Shown here in pieces: positions 39,101 to 51,100 of a stretch of DNA of 64,000 bases. The stretch lies in assembly GCA_000002435.2 (NCBI GenBank), contig CM018793.1, one strand, 5' to 3'. Numbering within the stretch: the first letter of the stretch is position 1; each line of letters begins with the position of its first letter. The translations under genes and the position numbers were made by a program. The notes beneath the pieces are model-generated. The model made no database searches and was not told the origin of the DNA. It saw only the letters and a program-made list of their open reading frames with translations. The DNA is from Giardia intestinalis (Eukaryota).

Positions 39101-42100
39101 NNNNNNNNNNNNNNNNNNNNNNNNNNNNNNNNNNNNNNNNNNNNNNNNNNNNNNNNNNNNNNNNNNNNNNNNNNNNNNNNNNNNNNNNNNNNNNNNNNNN
39201 NNNNNNNNNNNNNNNNNNNNNNNNNNNNNNNNNNNNNNNNNNNNNNNNNNNNNNNNNNNNNNNNNNNNNNNNNNNNNNNNNNNNNNNNNNNNNNNNNNNN
39301 NNNNNNNNNNNNNNNNNNNNNNNNNNNNNNNNNNNNNNNNNNNNNNNNNNNNNNNNNNNNNNNNNNNNNNNNNNNNNNNNNNNNNNNNNNNNNNNNNNNN
39401 NNNNNNNNNNNNNNNNNNNNNNNNNNNNNNNNNNNNNNNNNNNNNNNNNNNNNNNNNNNNNNNNNNNNNNNNNNNNNNNNNNNNNNNNNNNNNNNNNNNN
39501 NNNNNNNNNNNNNNNNNNNNNNNNNNNNNNNNNNNNNNNNNNNNNNNNNNNNNNNNNNNNNNNNNNNNNNNNNNNNNNNNNNNNNNNNNNNNNNNNNNNN
39601 NNNNNNNNNNNNNNNNNNNNNNNNNNNNNNNNNNNNNNNNNNNNNNNNNNNNNNNNNNNNNNNNNNNNNNNNNNNNNNNNNNNNNNNNNNNNNNNNNNNN
39701 NNNNNNNNNNNNNNNNNNNNNNNNNNNNNNNNNNNNNNNNNNNNNNNNNNNNNNNNNNNNNNNNNNNNNNNNNNNNNNNNNNNNNNNNNNNNNNNNNNNN
39801 NNNNNNNNNNNNNNNNNNNNNNNNNNNNNNNNNNNNNNNNNNNNNNNNNNNNNNNNNNNNNNNNNNNNNNNNNNNNNNNNNNNNNNNNNNNNNNNNNNNN
39901 NNNNNNNNNNNNNNNNNNNNNNNNNNNNNNNNNNNNNNNNNNNNNNNNNNNNNNNNNNNNNNNNNNNNNNNNNNNNNNNNNNNNNNNNNNNNNNNNNNNN
40001 NNNNNNNNNNNNNNNNNNNNNNNNNNNNNNNNNNNNNNNNNNNNNNNNNNNNNNNNNNNNNNNNNNNNNNNNNNNNNNNNNNNNNNNNNNNNNNNNNNNN
40101 NNNNNNNNNNNNNNNNNNNNNNNNNNNNNNNNNNNNNNNNNNNNNNNNNNNNNNNNNNNNNNNNNNNNNNNNNNNNNNNNNNNNNNNNNNNNNNNNNNNN
40201 NNNNNNNNNNNNNNNNNNNNNNNNNNNNNNNNNNNNNNNNNNNNNNNNNNNNNNNNNNNNNNNNNNNNNNNNNNNNNNNNNNNNNNNNNNNNNNNNNNNN
40301 NNNNNNNNNNNNNNNNNNNNNNNNNNNNNNNNNNNNNNNNNNNNNNNNNNNNNNNNNNNNNNNNNNNNNNNNNNNNNNNNNNNNNNNNNNNNNNNNNNNN
40401 NNNNNNNNNNNNNNNNNNNNNNNNNNNNNNNNNNNNNNNNNNNNNNNNNNNNNNNNNNNNNNNNNNNNNNNNNNNNNNNNNNNNNNNNNNNNNNNNNNNN
40501 NNNNNNNNNNNNNNNNNNNNNNNNNNNNNNNNNNNNNNNNNNNNNNNNNNNNNNNNNNNNNNNNNNNNNNNNNNNNNNNNNNNNNNNNNNNNNNNNNNNN
40601 NNNNNNNNNNNNNNNNNNNNNNNNNNNNNNNNNNNNNNNNNNNNNNNNNNNNNNNNNNNNNNNNNNNNNNNNNNNNNNNNNNNNNNNNNNNNNNNNNNNN
40701 NNNNNNNNNNNNNNNNNNNNNNNNNNNNNNNNNNNNNNNNNNNNNNNNNNNNNNNNNNNNNNNNNNNNNNNNNNNNNNNNNNNNNNNNNNNNNNNNNNNN
40801 NNNNNNNNNNNNNNNNNNNNNNNNNNNNNNNNNNNNNNNNNNNNNNNNNNNNNNNNNNNNNNNNNNNNNNNNNNNNNNNNNNNNNNNNNNNNNNNNNNNN
40901 NNNNNNNNNNNNNNNNNNNNNNNNNNNNNNNNNNNNNNNNNNNNNNNNNNNNNNNNNNNNNNNNNNNNNNNNNNNNNNNNNNNNNNNNNNNNNNNNNNNN
41001 NNNNNNNNNNNNNNNNNNNNNNNNNNNNNNNNNNNNNNNNNNNNNNNNNNNNNNNNNNNNNNNNNNNNNNNNNNNNNNNNNNNNNNNNNNNNNNNNNNNN
41101 NNNNNNNNNNNNNNNNNNNNNNNNNNNNNNNNNNNNNNNNNNNNNNNNNNNNNNNNNNNNNNNNNNNNNNNNNNNNNNNNNNNNNNNNNNNNNNNNNNNN
41201 NNNNNNNNNNNNNNNNNNNNNNNNNNNNNNNNNNNNNNNNNNNNNNNNNNNNNNNNNNNNNNNNNNNNNNNNNNNNNNNNNNNNNNNNNNNNNNNNNNNN
41301 NNNNNNNNNNNNNNNNNNNNNNNNNNNNNNNNNNNNNNNNNNNNNNNNNNNNNNNNNNNNNNNNNNNNNNNNNNNNNNNNNNNNNNNNNNNNNNNNNNNN
41401 NNNNNNNNNNNNNNNNNNNNNNNNNNNNNNNNNNNNNNNNNNNNNNNNNNNNNNNNNNNNNNNNNNNNNNNNNNNNNNNNNNNNNNNNNNNNNNNNNNNN
41501 NNNNNNNNNNNNNNNNNNNNNNNNNNNNNNNNNNNNNNNNNNNNNNNNNNNNNNNNNNNNNNNNNNNNNNNNNNNNNNNNNNNNNNNNNNNNNNNNNNNN
41601 NNNNNNNNNNNNNNNNNNNNNNNNNNNNNNNNNNNNNNNNNNNNNNNNNNNNNNNNNNNNNNNNNNNNNNNNNNNNNNNNNNNNNNNNNNNNNNNNNNNN
41701 NNNNNNNNNNNNNNNNNNNNNNNNNNNNNNNNNNNNNNNNNNNNNNNNNNNNNNNNNNNNNNNNNNNNNNNNNNNNNNNNNNNNNNNNNNNNNNNNNNNN
41801 NNNNNNNNNNNNNNNNNNNNNNNNNNNNNNNNNNNNNNNNNNNNNNNNNNNNNNNNNNNNNNNNNNNNNNNNNNNNNNNNNNNNNNNNNNNNNNNNNNNN
41901 NNNNNNNNNNNNNNNNNNNNNNNNNNNNNNNNNNNNNNNNNNNNNNNNNNNNNNNNNNNNNNNNNNNNNNNNNNNNNNNNNNNNNNNNNNNNNNNNNNNN
42001 NNNNNNNNNNNNNNNNNNNNNNNNNNNNNNNNNNNNNNNNNNNNNNNNNNNNNNNNNNNNNNNNNNNNNNNNNNNNNNNNNNNNNNNNNNNNNNNNNNNN

Positions 42101-45100
42101 NNNNNNNNNNNNNNNNNNNNNNNNNNNNNNNNNNNNNNNNNNNNNNNNNNNNNNNNNNNNNNNNNNNNNNNNNNNNNNNNNNNNNNNNNNNNNNNNNNNN
42201 NNNNNNNNNNNNNNNNNNNNNNNNNNNNNNNNNNNNNNNNNNNNNNNNNNNNNNNNNNNNNNNNNNNNNNNNNNNNNNNNNNNNNNNNNNNNNNNNNNNN
42301 NNNNNNNNNNNNNNNNNNNNNNNNNNNNNNNNNNNNNNNNNNNNNNNNNNNNNNNNNNNNNNNNNNNNNNNNNNNNNNNNNNNNNNNNNNNNNNNNNNNN
42401 NNNNNNNNNNNNNNNNNNNNNNNNNNNNNNNNNNNNNNNNNNNNNNNNNNNNNNNNNNNNNNNNNNNNNNNNNNNNNNNNNNNNNNNNNNNNNNNNNNNN
42501 NNNNNNNNNNNNNNNNNNNNNNNNNNNNNNNNNNNNNNNNNNNNNNNNNNNNNNNNNNNNNNNNNNNNNNNNNNNNNNNNNNNNNNNNNNNNNNNNNNNN
42601 NNNNNNNNNNNNNNNNNNNNNNNNNNNNNNNNNNNNNNNNNNNNNNNNNNNNNNNNNNNNNNNNNNNNNNNNNNNNNNNNNNNNNNNNNNNNNNNNNNNN
42701 NNNNNNNNNNNNNNNNNNNNNNNNNNNNNNNNNNNNNNNNNNNNNNNNNNNNNNNNNNNNNNNNNNNNNNNNNNNNNNNNNNNNNNNNNNNNNNNNNNNN
42801 NNNNNNNNNNNNNNNNNNNNNNNNNNNNNNNNNNNNNNNNNNNNNNNNNNNNNNNNNNNNNNNNNNNNNNNNNNNNNNNNNNNNNNNNNNNNNNNNNNNN
42901 NNNNNNNNNNNNNNNNNNNNNNNNNNNNNNNNNNNNNNNNNNNNNNNNNNNNNNNNNNNNNNNNNNNNNNNNNNNNNNNNNNNNNNNNNNNNNNNNNNNN
43001 NNNNNNNNNNNNNNNNNNNNNNNNNNNNNNNNNNNNNNNNNNNNNNNNNNNNNNNNNNNNNNNNNNNNNNNNNNNNNNNNNNNNNNNNNNNNNNNNNNNN
43101 NNNNNNNNNNNNNNNNNNNNNNNNNNNNNNNNNNNNNNNNNNNNNNNNNNNNNNNNNNNNNNNNNNNNNNNNNNNNNNNNNNNNNNNNNNNNNNNNNNNN
43201 NNNNNNNNNNNNNNNNNNNNNNNNNNNNNNNNNNNNNNNNNNNNNNNNNNNNNNNNNNNNNNNNNNNNNNNNNNNNNNNNNNNNNNNNNNNNNNNNNNNN
43301 NNNNNNNNNNNNNNNNNNNNNNNNNNNNNNNNNNNNNNNNNNNNNNNNNNNNNNNNNNNNNNNNNNNNNNNNNNNNNNNNNNNNNNNNNNNNNNNNNNNN
43401 NNNNNNNNNNNNNNNNNNNNNNNNNNNNNNNNNNNNNNNNNNNNNNNNNNNNNNNNNNNNNNNNNNNNNNNNNNNNNNNNNNNNNNNNNNNNNNNNNNNN
43501 NNNNNNNNNNNNNNNNNNNNNNNNNNNNNNNNNNNNNNNNNNNNNNNNNNNNNNNNNNNNNNNNNNNNNNNNNNNNNNNNNNNNNNNNNNNNNNNNNNNN
43601 NNNNNNNNNNNNNNNNNNNNNNNNNNNNNNNNNNNNNNNNNNNNNNNNNNNNNNNNNNNNNNNNNNNNNNNNNNNNNNNNNNNNNNNNNNNNNNNNNNNN
43701 NNNNNNNNNNNNNNNNNNNNNNNNNNNNNNNNNNNNNNNNNNNNNNNNNNNNNNNNNNNNNNNNNNNNNNNNNNNNNNNNNNNNNNNNNNNNNNNNNNNN
43801 NNNNNNNNNNNNNNNNNNNNNNNNNNNNNNNNNNNNNNNNNNNNNNNNNNNNNNNNNNNNNNNNNNNNNNNNNNNNNNNNNNNNNNNNNNNNNNNNNNNN
43901 NNNNNNNNNNNNNNNNNNNNNNNNNNNNNNNNNNNNNNNNNNNNNNNNNNNNNNNNNNNNNNNNNNNNNNNNNNNNNNNNNNNNNNNNNNNNNNNNNNNN
44001 NNNNNNNNNNNNNNNNNNNNNNNNNNNNNNNNNNNNNNNNNNNNNNNNNNNNNNNNNNNNNNNNNNNNNNNNNNNNNNNNNNNNNNNNNNNNNNNNNNNN
44101 NNNNNNNNNNNNNNNNNNNNNNNNNNNNNNNNNNNNNNNNNNNNNNNNNNNNNNNNNNNNNNNNNNNNNNNNNNNNNNNNNNNNNNNNNNNNNNNNNNNN
44201 NNNNNNNNNNNNNNNNNNNNNNNNNNNNNNNNNNNNNNNNNNNNNNNNNNNNNNNNNNNNNNNNNNNNNNNNNNNNNNNNNNNNNNNNNNNNNNNNNNNN
44301 NNNNNNNNNNNNNNNNNNNNNNNNNNNNNNNNNNNNNNNNNNNNNNNNNNNNNNNNNNNNNNNNNNNNNNNNNNNNNNNNNNNNNNNNNNNNNNNNNNNN
44401 NNNNNNNNNNNNNNNNNNNNNNNNNNNNNNNNNNNNNNNNNNNNNNNNNNNNNNNNNNNNNNNNNNNNNNNNNNNNNNNNNNNNNNNNNNNNNNNNNNNN
44501 NNNNNNNNNNNNNNNNNNNNNNNNNNNNNNNNNNNNNNNNNNNNNNNNNNNNNNNNNNNNNNNNNNNNNNNNNNNNNNNNNNNNNNNNNNNNNNNNNNNN
44601 NNNNNNNNNNNNNNNNNNNNNNNNNNNNNNNNNNNNNNNNNNNNNNNNNNNNNNNNNNNNNNNNNNNNNNNNNNNNNNNNNNNNNNNNNNNNNNNNNNNN
44701 NNNNNNNNNNNNNNNNNNNNNNNNNNNNNNNNNNNNNNNNNNNNNNNNNNNNNNNNNNNNNNNNNNNNNNNNNNNNNNNNNNNNNNNNNNNNNNNNNNNN
44801 NNNNNNNNNNNNNNNNNNNNNNNNNNNNNNNNNNNNNNNNNNNNNNNNNNNNNNNNNNNNNNNNNNNNNNNNNNNNNNNNNNNNNNNNNNNNNNNNNNNN
44901 NNNNNNNNNNNNNNNNNNNNNNNNNNNNNNNNNNNNNNNNNNNNNNNNNNNNNNNNNNNNNNNNNNNNNNNNNNNNNNNNNNNNNNNNNNNNNNNNNNNN
45001 NNNNNNNNNNNNNNNNNNNNNNNNNNNNNNNNNNNNNNNNNNNNNNNNNNNNNNNNNNNNNNNNNNNNNNNNNNNNNNNNNNNNNNNNNNNNNNNNNNNN

Positions 45101-48100
45101 NNNNNNNNNNNNNNNNNNNNNNNNNNNNNNNNNNNNNNNNNNNNNNNNNNNNNNNNNNNNNNNNNNNNNNNNNNNNNNNNNNNNNNNNNNNNNNNNNNNN
45201 NNNNNNNNNNNNNNNNNNNNNNNNNNNNNNNNNNNNNNNNNNNNNNNNNNNNNNNNNNNNNNNNNNNNNNNNNNNNNNNNNNNNNNNNNNNNNNNNNNNN
45301 NNNNNNNNNNNNNNNNNNNNNNNNNNNNNNNNNNNNNNNNNNNNNNNNNNNNNNNNNNNNNNNNNNNNNNNNNNNNNNNNNNNNNNNNNNNNNNNNNNNN
45401 NNNNNNNNNNNNNNNNNNNNNNNNNNNNNNNNNNNNNNNNNNNNNNNNNNNNNNNNNNNNNNNNNNNNNNNNNNNNNNNNNNNNNNNNNNNNNNNNNNNN
45501 NNNNNNNNNNNNNNNNNNNNNNNNNNNNNNNNNNNNNNNNNNNNNNNNNNNNNNNNNNNNNNNNNNNNNNNNNNNNNNNNNNNNNNNNNNNNNNNNNNNN
45601 NNNNNNNNNNNNNNNNNNNNNNNNNNNNNNNNNNNNNNNNNNNNNNNNNNNNNNNNNNNNNNNNNNNNNNNNNNNNNNNNNNNNNNNNNNNNNNNNNNNN
45701 NNNNNNNNNNNNNNNNNNNNNNNNNNNNNNNNNNNNNNNNNNNNNNNNNNNNNNNNNNNNNNNNNNNNNNNNNNNNNNNNNNNNNNNNNNNNNNNNNNNN
45801 NNNNNNNNNNNNNNNNNNNNNNNNNNNNNNNNNNNNNNNNNNNNNNNNNNNNNNNNNNNNNNNNNNNNNNNNNNNNNNNNNNNNNNNNNNNNNNNNNNNN
45901 NNNNNNNNNNNNNNNNNNNNNNNNNNNNNNNNNNNNNNNNNNNNNNNNNNNNNNNNNNNNNNNNNNNNNNNNNNNNNNNNNNNNNNNNNNNNNNNNNNNN
46001 NNNNNNNNNNNNNNNNNNNNNNNNNNNNNNNNNNNNNNNNNNNNNNNNNNNNNNNNNNNNNNNNNNNNNNNNNNNNNNNNNNNNNNNNNNNNNNNNNNNN
46101 NNNNNNNNNNNNNNNNNNNNNNNNNNNNNNNNNNNNNNNNNNNNNNNNNNNNNNNNNNNNNNNNNNNNNNNNNNNNNNNNNNNNNNNNNNNNNNNNNNNN
46201 NNNNNNNNNNNNNNNNNNNNNNNNNNNNNNNNNNNNNNNNNNNNNNNNNNNNNNNNNNNNNNNNNNNNNNNNNNNNNNNNNNNNNNNNNNNNNNNNNNNN
46301 NNNNNNNNNNNNNNNNNNNNNNNNNNNNNNNNNNNNNNNNNNNNNNNNNNNNNNNNNNNNNNNNNNNNNNNNNNNNNNNNNNNNNNNNNNNNNNNNNNNN
46401 NNNNNNNNNNNNNNNNNNNNNNNNNNNNNNNNNNNNNNNNNNNNNNNNNNNNNNNNNNNNNNNNNNNNNNNNNNNNNNNNNNNNNNNNNNNNNNNNNNNN
46501 NNNNNNNNNNNNNNNNNNNNNNNNNNNNNNNNNNNNNNNNNNNNNNNNNNNNNNNNNNNNNNNNNNNNNNNNNNNNNNNNNNNNNNNNNNNNNNNNNNNN
46601 NNNNNNNNNNNNNNNNNNNNNNNNNNNNNNNNNNNNNNNNNNNNNNNNNNNNNNNNNNNNNNNNNNNNNNNNNNNNNNNNNNNNNNNNNNNNNNNNNNNN
46701 NNNNNNNNNNNNNNNNNNNNNNNNNNNNNNNNNNNNNNNNNNNNNNNNNNNNNNNNNNNNNNNNNNNNNNNNNNNNNNNNNNNNNNNNNNNNNNNNNNNN
46801 NNNNNNNNNNNNNNNNNNNNNNNNNNNNNNNNNNNNNNNNNNNNNNNNNNNNNNNNNNNNNNNNNNNNNNNNNNNNNNNNNNNNNNNNNNNNNNNNNNNN
46901 NNNNNNNNNNNNNNNNNNNNNNNNNNNNNNNNNNNNNNNNNNNNNNNNNNNNNNNNNNNNNNNNNNNNNNNNNNNNNNNNNNNNNNNNNNNNNNNNNNNN
47001 NNNNNNNNNNNNNNNNNNNNNNNNNNNNNNNNNNNNNNNNNNNNNNNNNNNNNNNNNNNNNNNNNNNNNNNNNNNNNNNNNNNNNNNNNNNNNNNNNNNN
47101 NNNNNNNNNNNNNNNNNNNNNNNNNNNNNNNNNNNNNNNNNNNNNNNNNNNNNNNNNNNNNNNNNNNNNNNNNNNNNNNNNNNNNNNNNNNNNNNNNNNN
47201 NNNNNNNNNNNNNNNNNNNNNNNNNNNNNNNNNNNNNNNNNNNNNNNNNNNNNNNNNNNNNNNNNNNNNNNNNNNNNNNNNNNNNNNNNNNNNNNNNNNN
47301 NNNNNNNNNNNNNNNNNNNNNNNNNNNNNNNNNNNNNNNNNNNNNNNNNNNNNNNNNNNNNNNNNNNNNNNNNNNNNNNNNNNNNNNNNNNNNNNNNNNN
47401 NNNNNNNNNNNNNNNNNNNNNNNNNNNNNNNNNNNNNNNNNNNNNNNNNNNNNNNNNNNNNNNNNNNNNNNNNNNNNNNNNNNNNNNNNNNNNNNNNNNN
47501 NNNNNNNNNNNNNNNNNNNNNNNNNNNNNNNNNNNNNNNNNNNNNNNNNNNNNNNNNNNNNNNNNNNNNNNNNNNNNNNNNNNNNNNNNNNNNNNNNNNN
47601 NNNNNNNNNNNNNNNNNNNNNNNNNNNNNNNNNNNNNNNNNNNNNNNNNNNNNNNNNNNNNNNNNNNNNNNNNNNNNNNNNNNNNNNNNNNNNNNNNNNN
47701 NNNNNNNNNNNNNNNNNNNNNNNNNNNNNNNNNNNNNNNNNNNNNNNNNNNNNNNNNNNNNNNNNNNNNNNNNNNNNNNNNNNNNNNNNNNNNNNNNNNN
47801 NNNNNNNNNNNNNNNNNNNNNNNNNNNNNNNNNNNNNNNNNNNNNNNNNNNNNNNNNNNNNNNNNNNNNNNNNNNNNNNNNNNNNNNNNNNNNNNNNNNN
47901 NNNNNNNNNNNNNNNNNNNNNNNNNNNNNNNNNNNNNNNNNNNNNNNNNNNNNNNNNNNNNNNNNNNNNNNNNNNNNNNNNNNNNNNNNNNNNNNNNNNN
48001 NNNNNNNNNNNNNNNNNNNNNNNNNNNNNNNNNNNNNNNNNNNNNNNNNNNNNNNNNNNNNNNNNNNNNNNNNNNNNNNNNNNNNNNNNNNNNNNNNNNN

Positions 48101-51100
48101 NNNNNNNNNNNNNNNNNNNNNNNNNNNNNNNNNNNNNNNNNNNNNNNNNNNNNNNNNNNNNNNNNNNNNNNNNNNNNNNNNNNNNNNNNNNNNNNNNNNN
48201 NNNNNNNNNNNNNNNNNNNNNNNNNNNNNNNNNNNNNNNNNNNNNNNNNNNNNNNNNNNNNNNNNNNNNNNNNNNNNNNNNNNNNNNNNNNNNNNNNNNN
48301 NNNNNNNNNNNNNNNNNNNNNNNNNNNNNNNNNNNNNNNNNNNNNNNNNNNNNNNNNNNNNNNNNNNNNNNNNNNNNNNNNNNNNNNNNNNNNNNNNNNN
48401 NNNNNNNNNNNNNNNNNNNNNNNNNNNNNNNNNNNNNNNNNNNNNNNNNNNNNNNNNNNNNNNNNNNNNNNNNNNNNNNNNNNNNNNNNNNNNNNNNNNN
48501 NNNNNNNNNNNNNNNNNNNNNNNNNNNNNNNNNNNNNNNNNNNNNNNNNNNNNNNNNNNNNNNNNNNNNNNNNNNNNNNNNNNNNNNNNNNNNNNNNNNN
48601 NNNNNNNNNNNNNNNNNNNNNNNNNNNNNNNNNNNNNNNNNNNNNNNNNNNNNNNNNNNNNNNNNNNNNNNNNNNNNNNNNNNNNNNNNNNNNNNNNNNN
48701 NNNNNNNNNNNNNNNNNNNNNNNNNNNNNNNNNNNNNNNNNNNNNNNNNNNNNNNNNNNNNNNNNNNNNNNNNNNNNNNNNNNNNNNNNNNNNNNNNNNN
48801 NNNNNNNNNNNNNNNNNNNNNNNNNNNNNNNNNNNNNNNNNNNNNNNNNNNNNNNNNNNNNNNNNNNNNNNNNNNNNNNNNNNNNNNNNNNNNNNNNNNN
48901 NNNNNNNNNNNNNNNNNNNNNNNNNNNNNNNNNNNNNNNNNNNNNNNNNNNNNNNNNNNNNNNNNNNNNNNNNNNNNNNNNNNNNNNNNNNNNNNNNNNN
49001 NNNNNNNNNNNNNNNNNNNNNNNNNNNNNNNNNNNNNNNNNNNNNNNNNNNNNNNNNNNNNNNNNNNNNNNNNNNNNNNNNNNNNNNNNNNNNNNNNNNN
49101 NNNNNNNNNNNNNNNNNNNNNNNNNNNNNNNNNNNNNNNNNNNNNNNNNNNNNNNNNNNNNNNNNNNNNNNNNNNNNNNNNNNNNNNNNNNNNNNNNNNN
49201 NNNNNNNNNNNNNNNNNNNNNNNNNNNNNNNNNNNNNNNNNNNNNNNNNNNNNNNNNNNNNNNNNNNNNNNNNNNNNNNNNNNNNNNNNNNNNNNNNNNN
49301 NNNNNNNNNNNNNNNNNNNNNNNNNNNNNNNNNNNNNNNNNNNNNNNNNNNNNNNNNNNNNNNNNNNNNNNNNNNNNNNNNNNNNNNNNNNNNNNNNNNN
49401 NNNNNNNNNNNNNNNNNNNNNNNNNNNNNNNNNNNNNNNNNNNNNNNNNNNNNNNNNNNNNNNNNNNNNNNNNNNNNNNNNNNNNNNNNNNNNNNNNNNN
49501 NNNNNNNNNNNNNNNNNNNNNNNNNNNNNNNNNNNNNNNNNNNNNNNNNNNNNNNNNNNNNNNNNNNNNNNNNNNNNNNNNNNNNNNNNNNNNNNNNNNN
49601 NNNNNNNNNNNNNNNNNNNNNNNNNNNNNNNNNNNNNNNNNNNNNNNNNNNNNNNNNNNNNNNNNNNNNNNNNNNNNNNNNNNNNNNNNNNNNNNNNNNN
49701 NNNNNNNNNNNNNNNNNNNNNNNNNNNNNNNNNNNNNNNNNNNNNNNNNNNNNNNNNNNNNNNNNNNNNNNNNNNNNNNNNNNNNNNNNNNNNNNNNNNN
49801 NNNNNNNNNNNNNNNNNNNNNNNNNNNNNNNNNNNNNNNNNNNNNNNNNNNNNNNNNNNNNNNNNNNNNNNNNNNNNNNNNNNNNNNNNNNNNNNNNNNN
49901 NNNNNNNNNNNNNNNNNNNNNNNNNNNNNNNNNNNNNNNNNNNNNNNNNNNNNNNNNNNNNNNNNNNNNNNNNNNNNNNNNNNNNNNNNNNNNNNNNNNN
50001 NNNNNNNNNNNNNNNNNNNNNNNNNNNNNNNNNNNNNNNNNNNNNNNNNNNNNNNNNNNNNNNNNNNNNNNNNNNNNNNNNNNNNNNNNNNNNNNNNNNN
50101 NNNNNNNNNNNNNNNNNNNNNNNNNNNNNNNNNNNNNNNNNNNNNNNNNNNNNNNNNNNNNNNNNNNNNNNNNNNNNNNNNNNNNNNNNNNNNNNNNNNN
50201 NNNNNNNNNNNNNNNNNNNNNNNNNNNNNNNNNNNNNNNNNNNNNNNNNNNNNNNNNNNNNNNNNNNNNNNNNNNNNNNNNNNNNNNNNNNNNNNNNNNN
50301 NNNNNNNNNNNNNNNNNNNNNNNNNNNNNNNNNNNNNNNNNNNNNNNNNNNNNNNNNNNNNNNNNNNNNNNNNNNNNNNNNNNNNNNNNNNNNNNNNNNN
50401 NNNNNNNNNNNNNNNNNNNNNNNNNNNNNNNNNNNNNNNNNNNNNNNNNNNNNNNNNNNNNNNNNNNNNNNNNNNNNNNNNNNNNNNNNNNNNNNNNNNN
50501 NNNNNNNNNNNNNNNNNNNNNNNNNNNNNNNNNNNNNNNNNNNNNNNNNNNNNNNNNNNNNNNNNNNNNNNNNNNNNNNNNNNNNNNNNNNNNNNNNNNN
50601 NNNNNNNNNNNNNNNNNNNNNNNNNNNNNNNNNNNNNNNNNNNNNNNNNNNNNNNNNNNNNNNNNNNNNNNNNNNNNNNNNNNNNNNNNNNNNNNNNNNN
50701 NNNNNNNNNNNNNNNNNNNNNNNNNNNNNNNNNNNNNNNNNNNNNNNNNNNNNNNNNNNNNNNNNNNNNNNNNNNNNNNNNNNNNNNNNNNNNNNNNNNN
50801 NNNNNNNNNNNNNNNNNNNNNNNNNNNNNNNNNNNNNNNNNNNNNNNNNNNNNNNNNNNNNNNNNNNNNNNNNNNNNNNNNNNNNNNNNNNNNNNNNNNN
50901 NNNNNNNNNNNNNNNNNNNNNNNNNNNNNNNNNNNNNNNNNNNNNNNNNNNNNNNNNNNNNNNNNNNNNNNNNNNNNNNNNNNNNNNNNNNNNNNNNNNN
51001 NNNNNNNNNNNNNNNNNNNNNNNNNNNNNNNNNNNNNNNNNNNNNNNNNNNNNNNNNNNNNNNNNNNNNNNNNNNNNNNNNNNNNNNNNNNNNNNNNNNN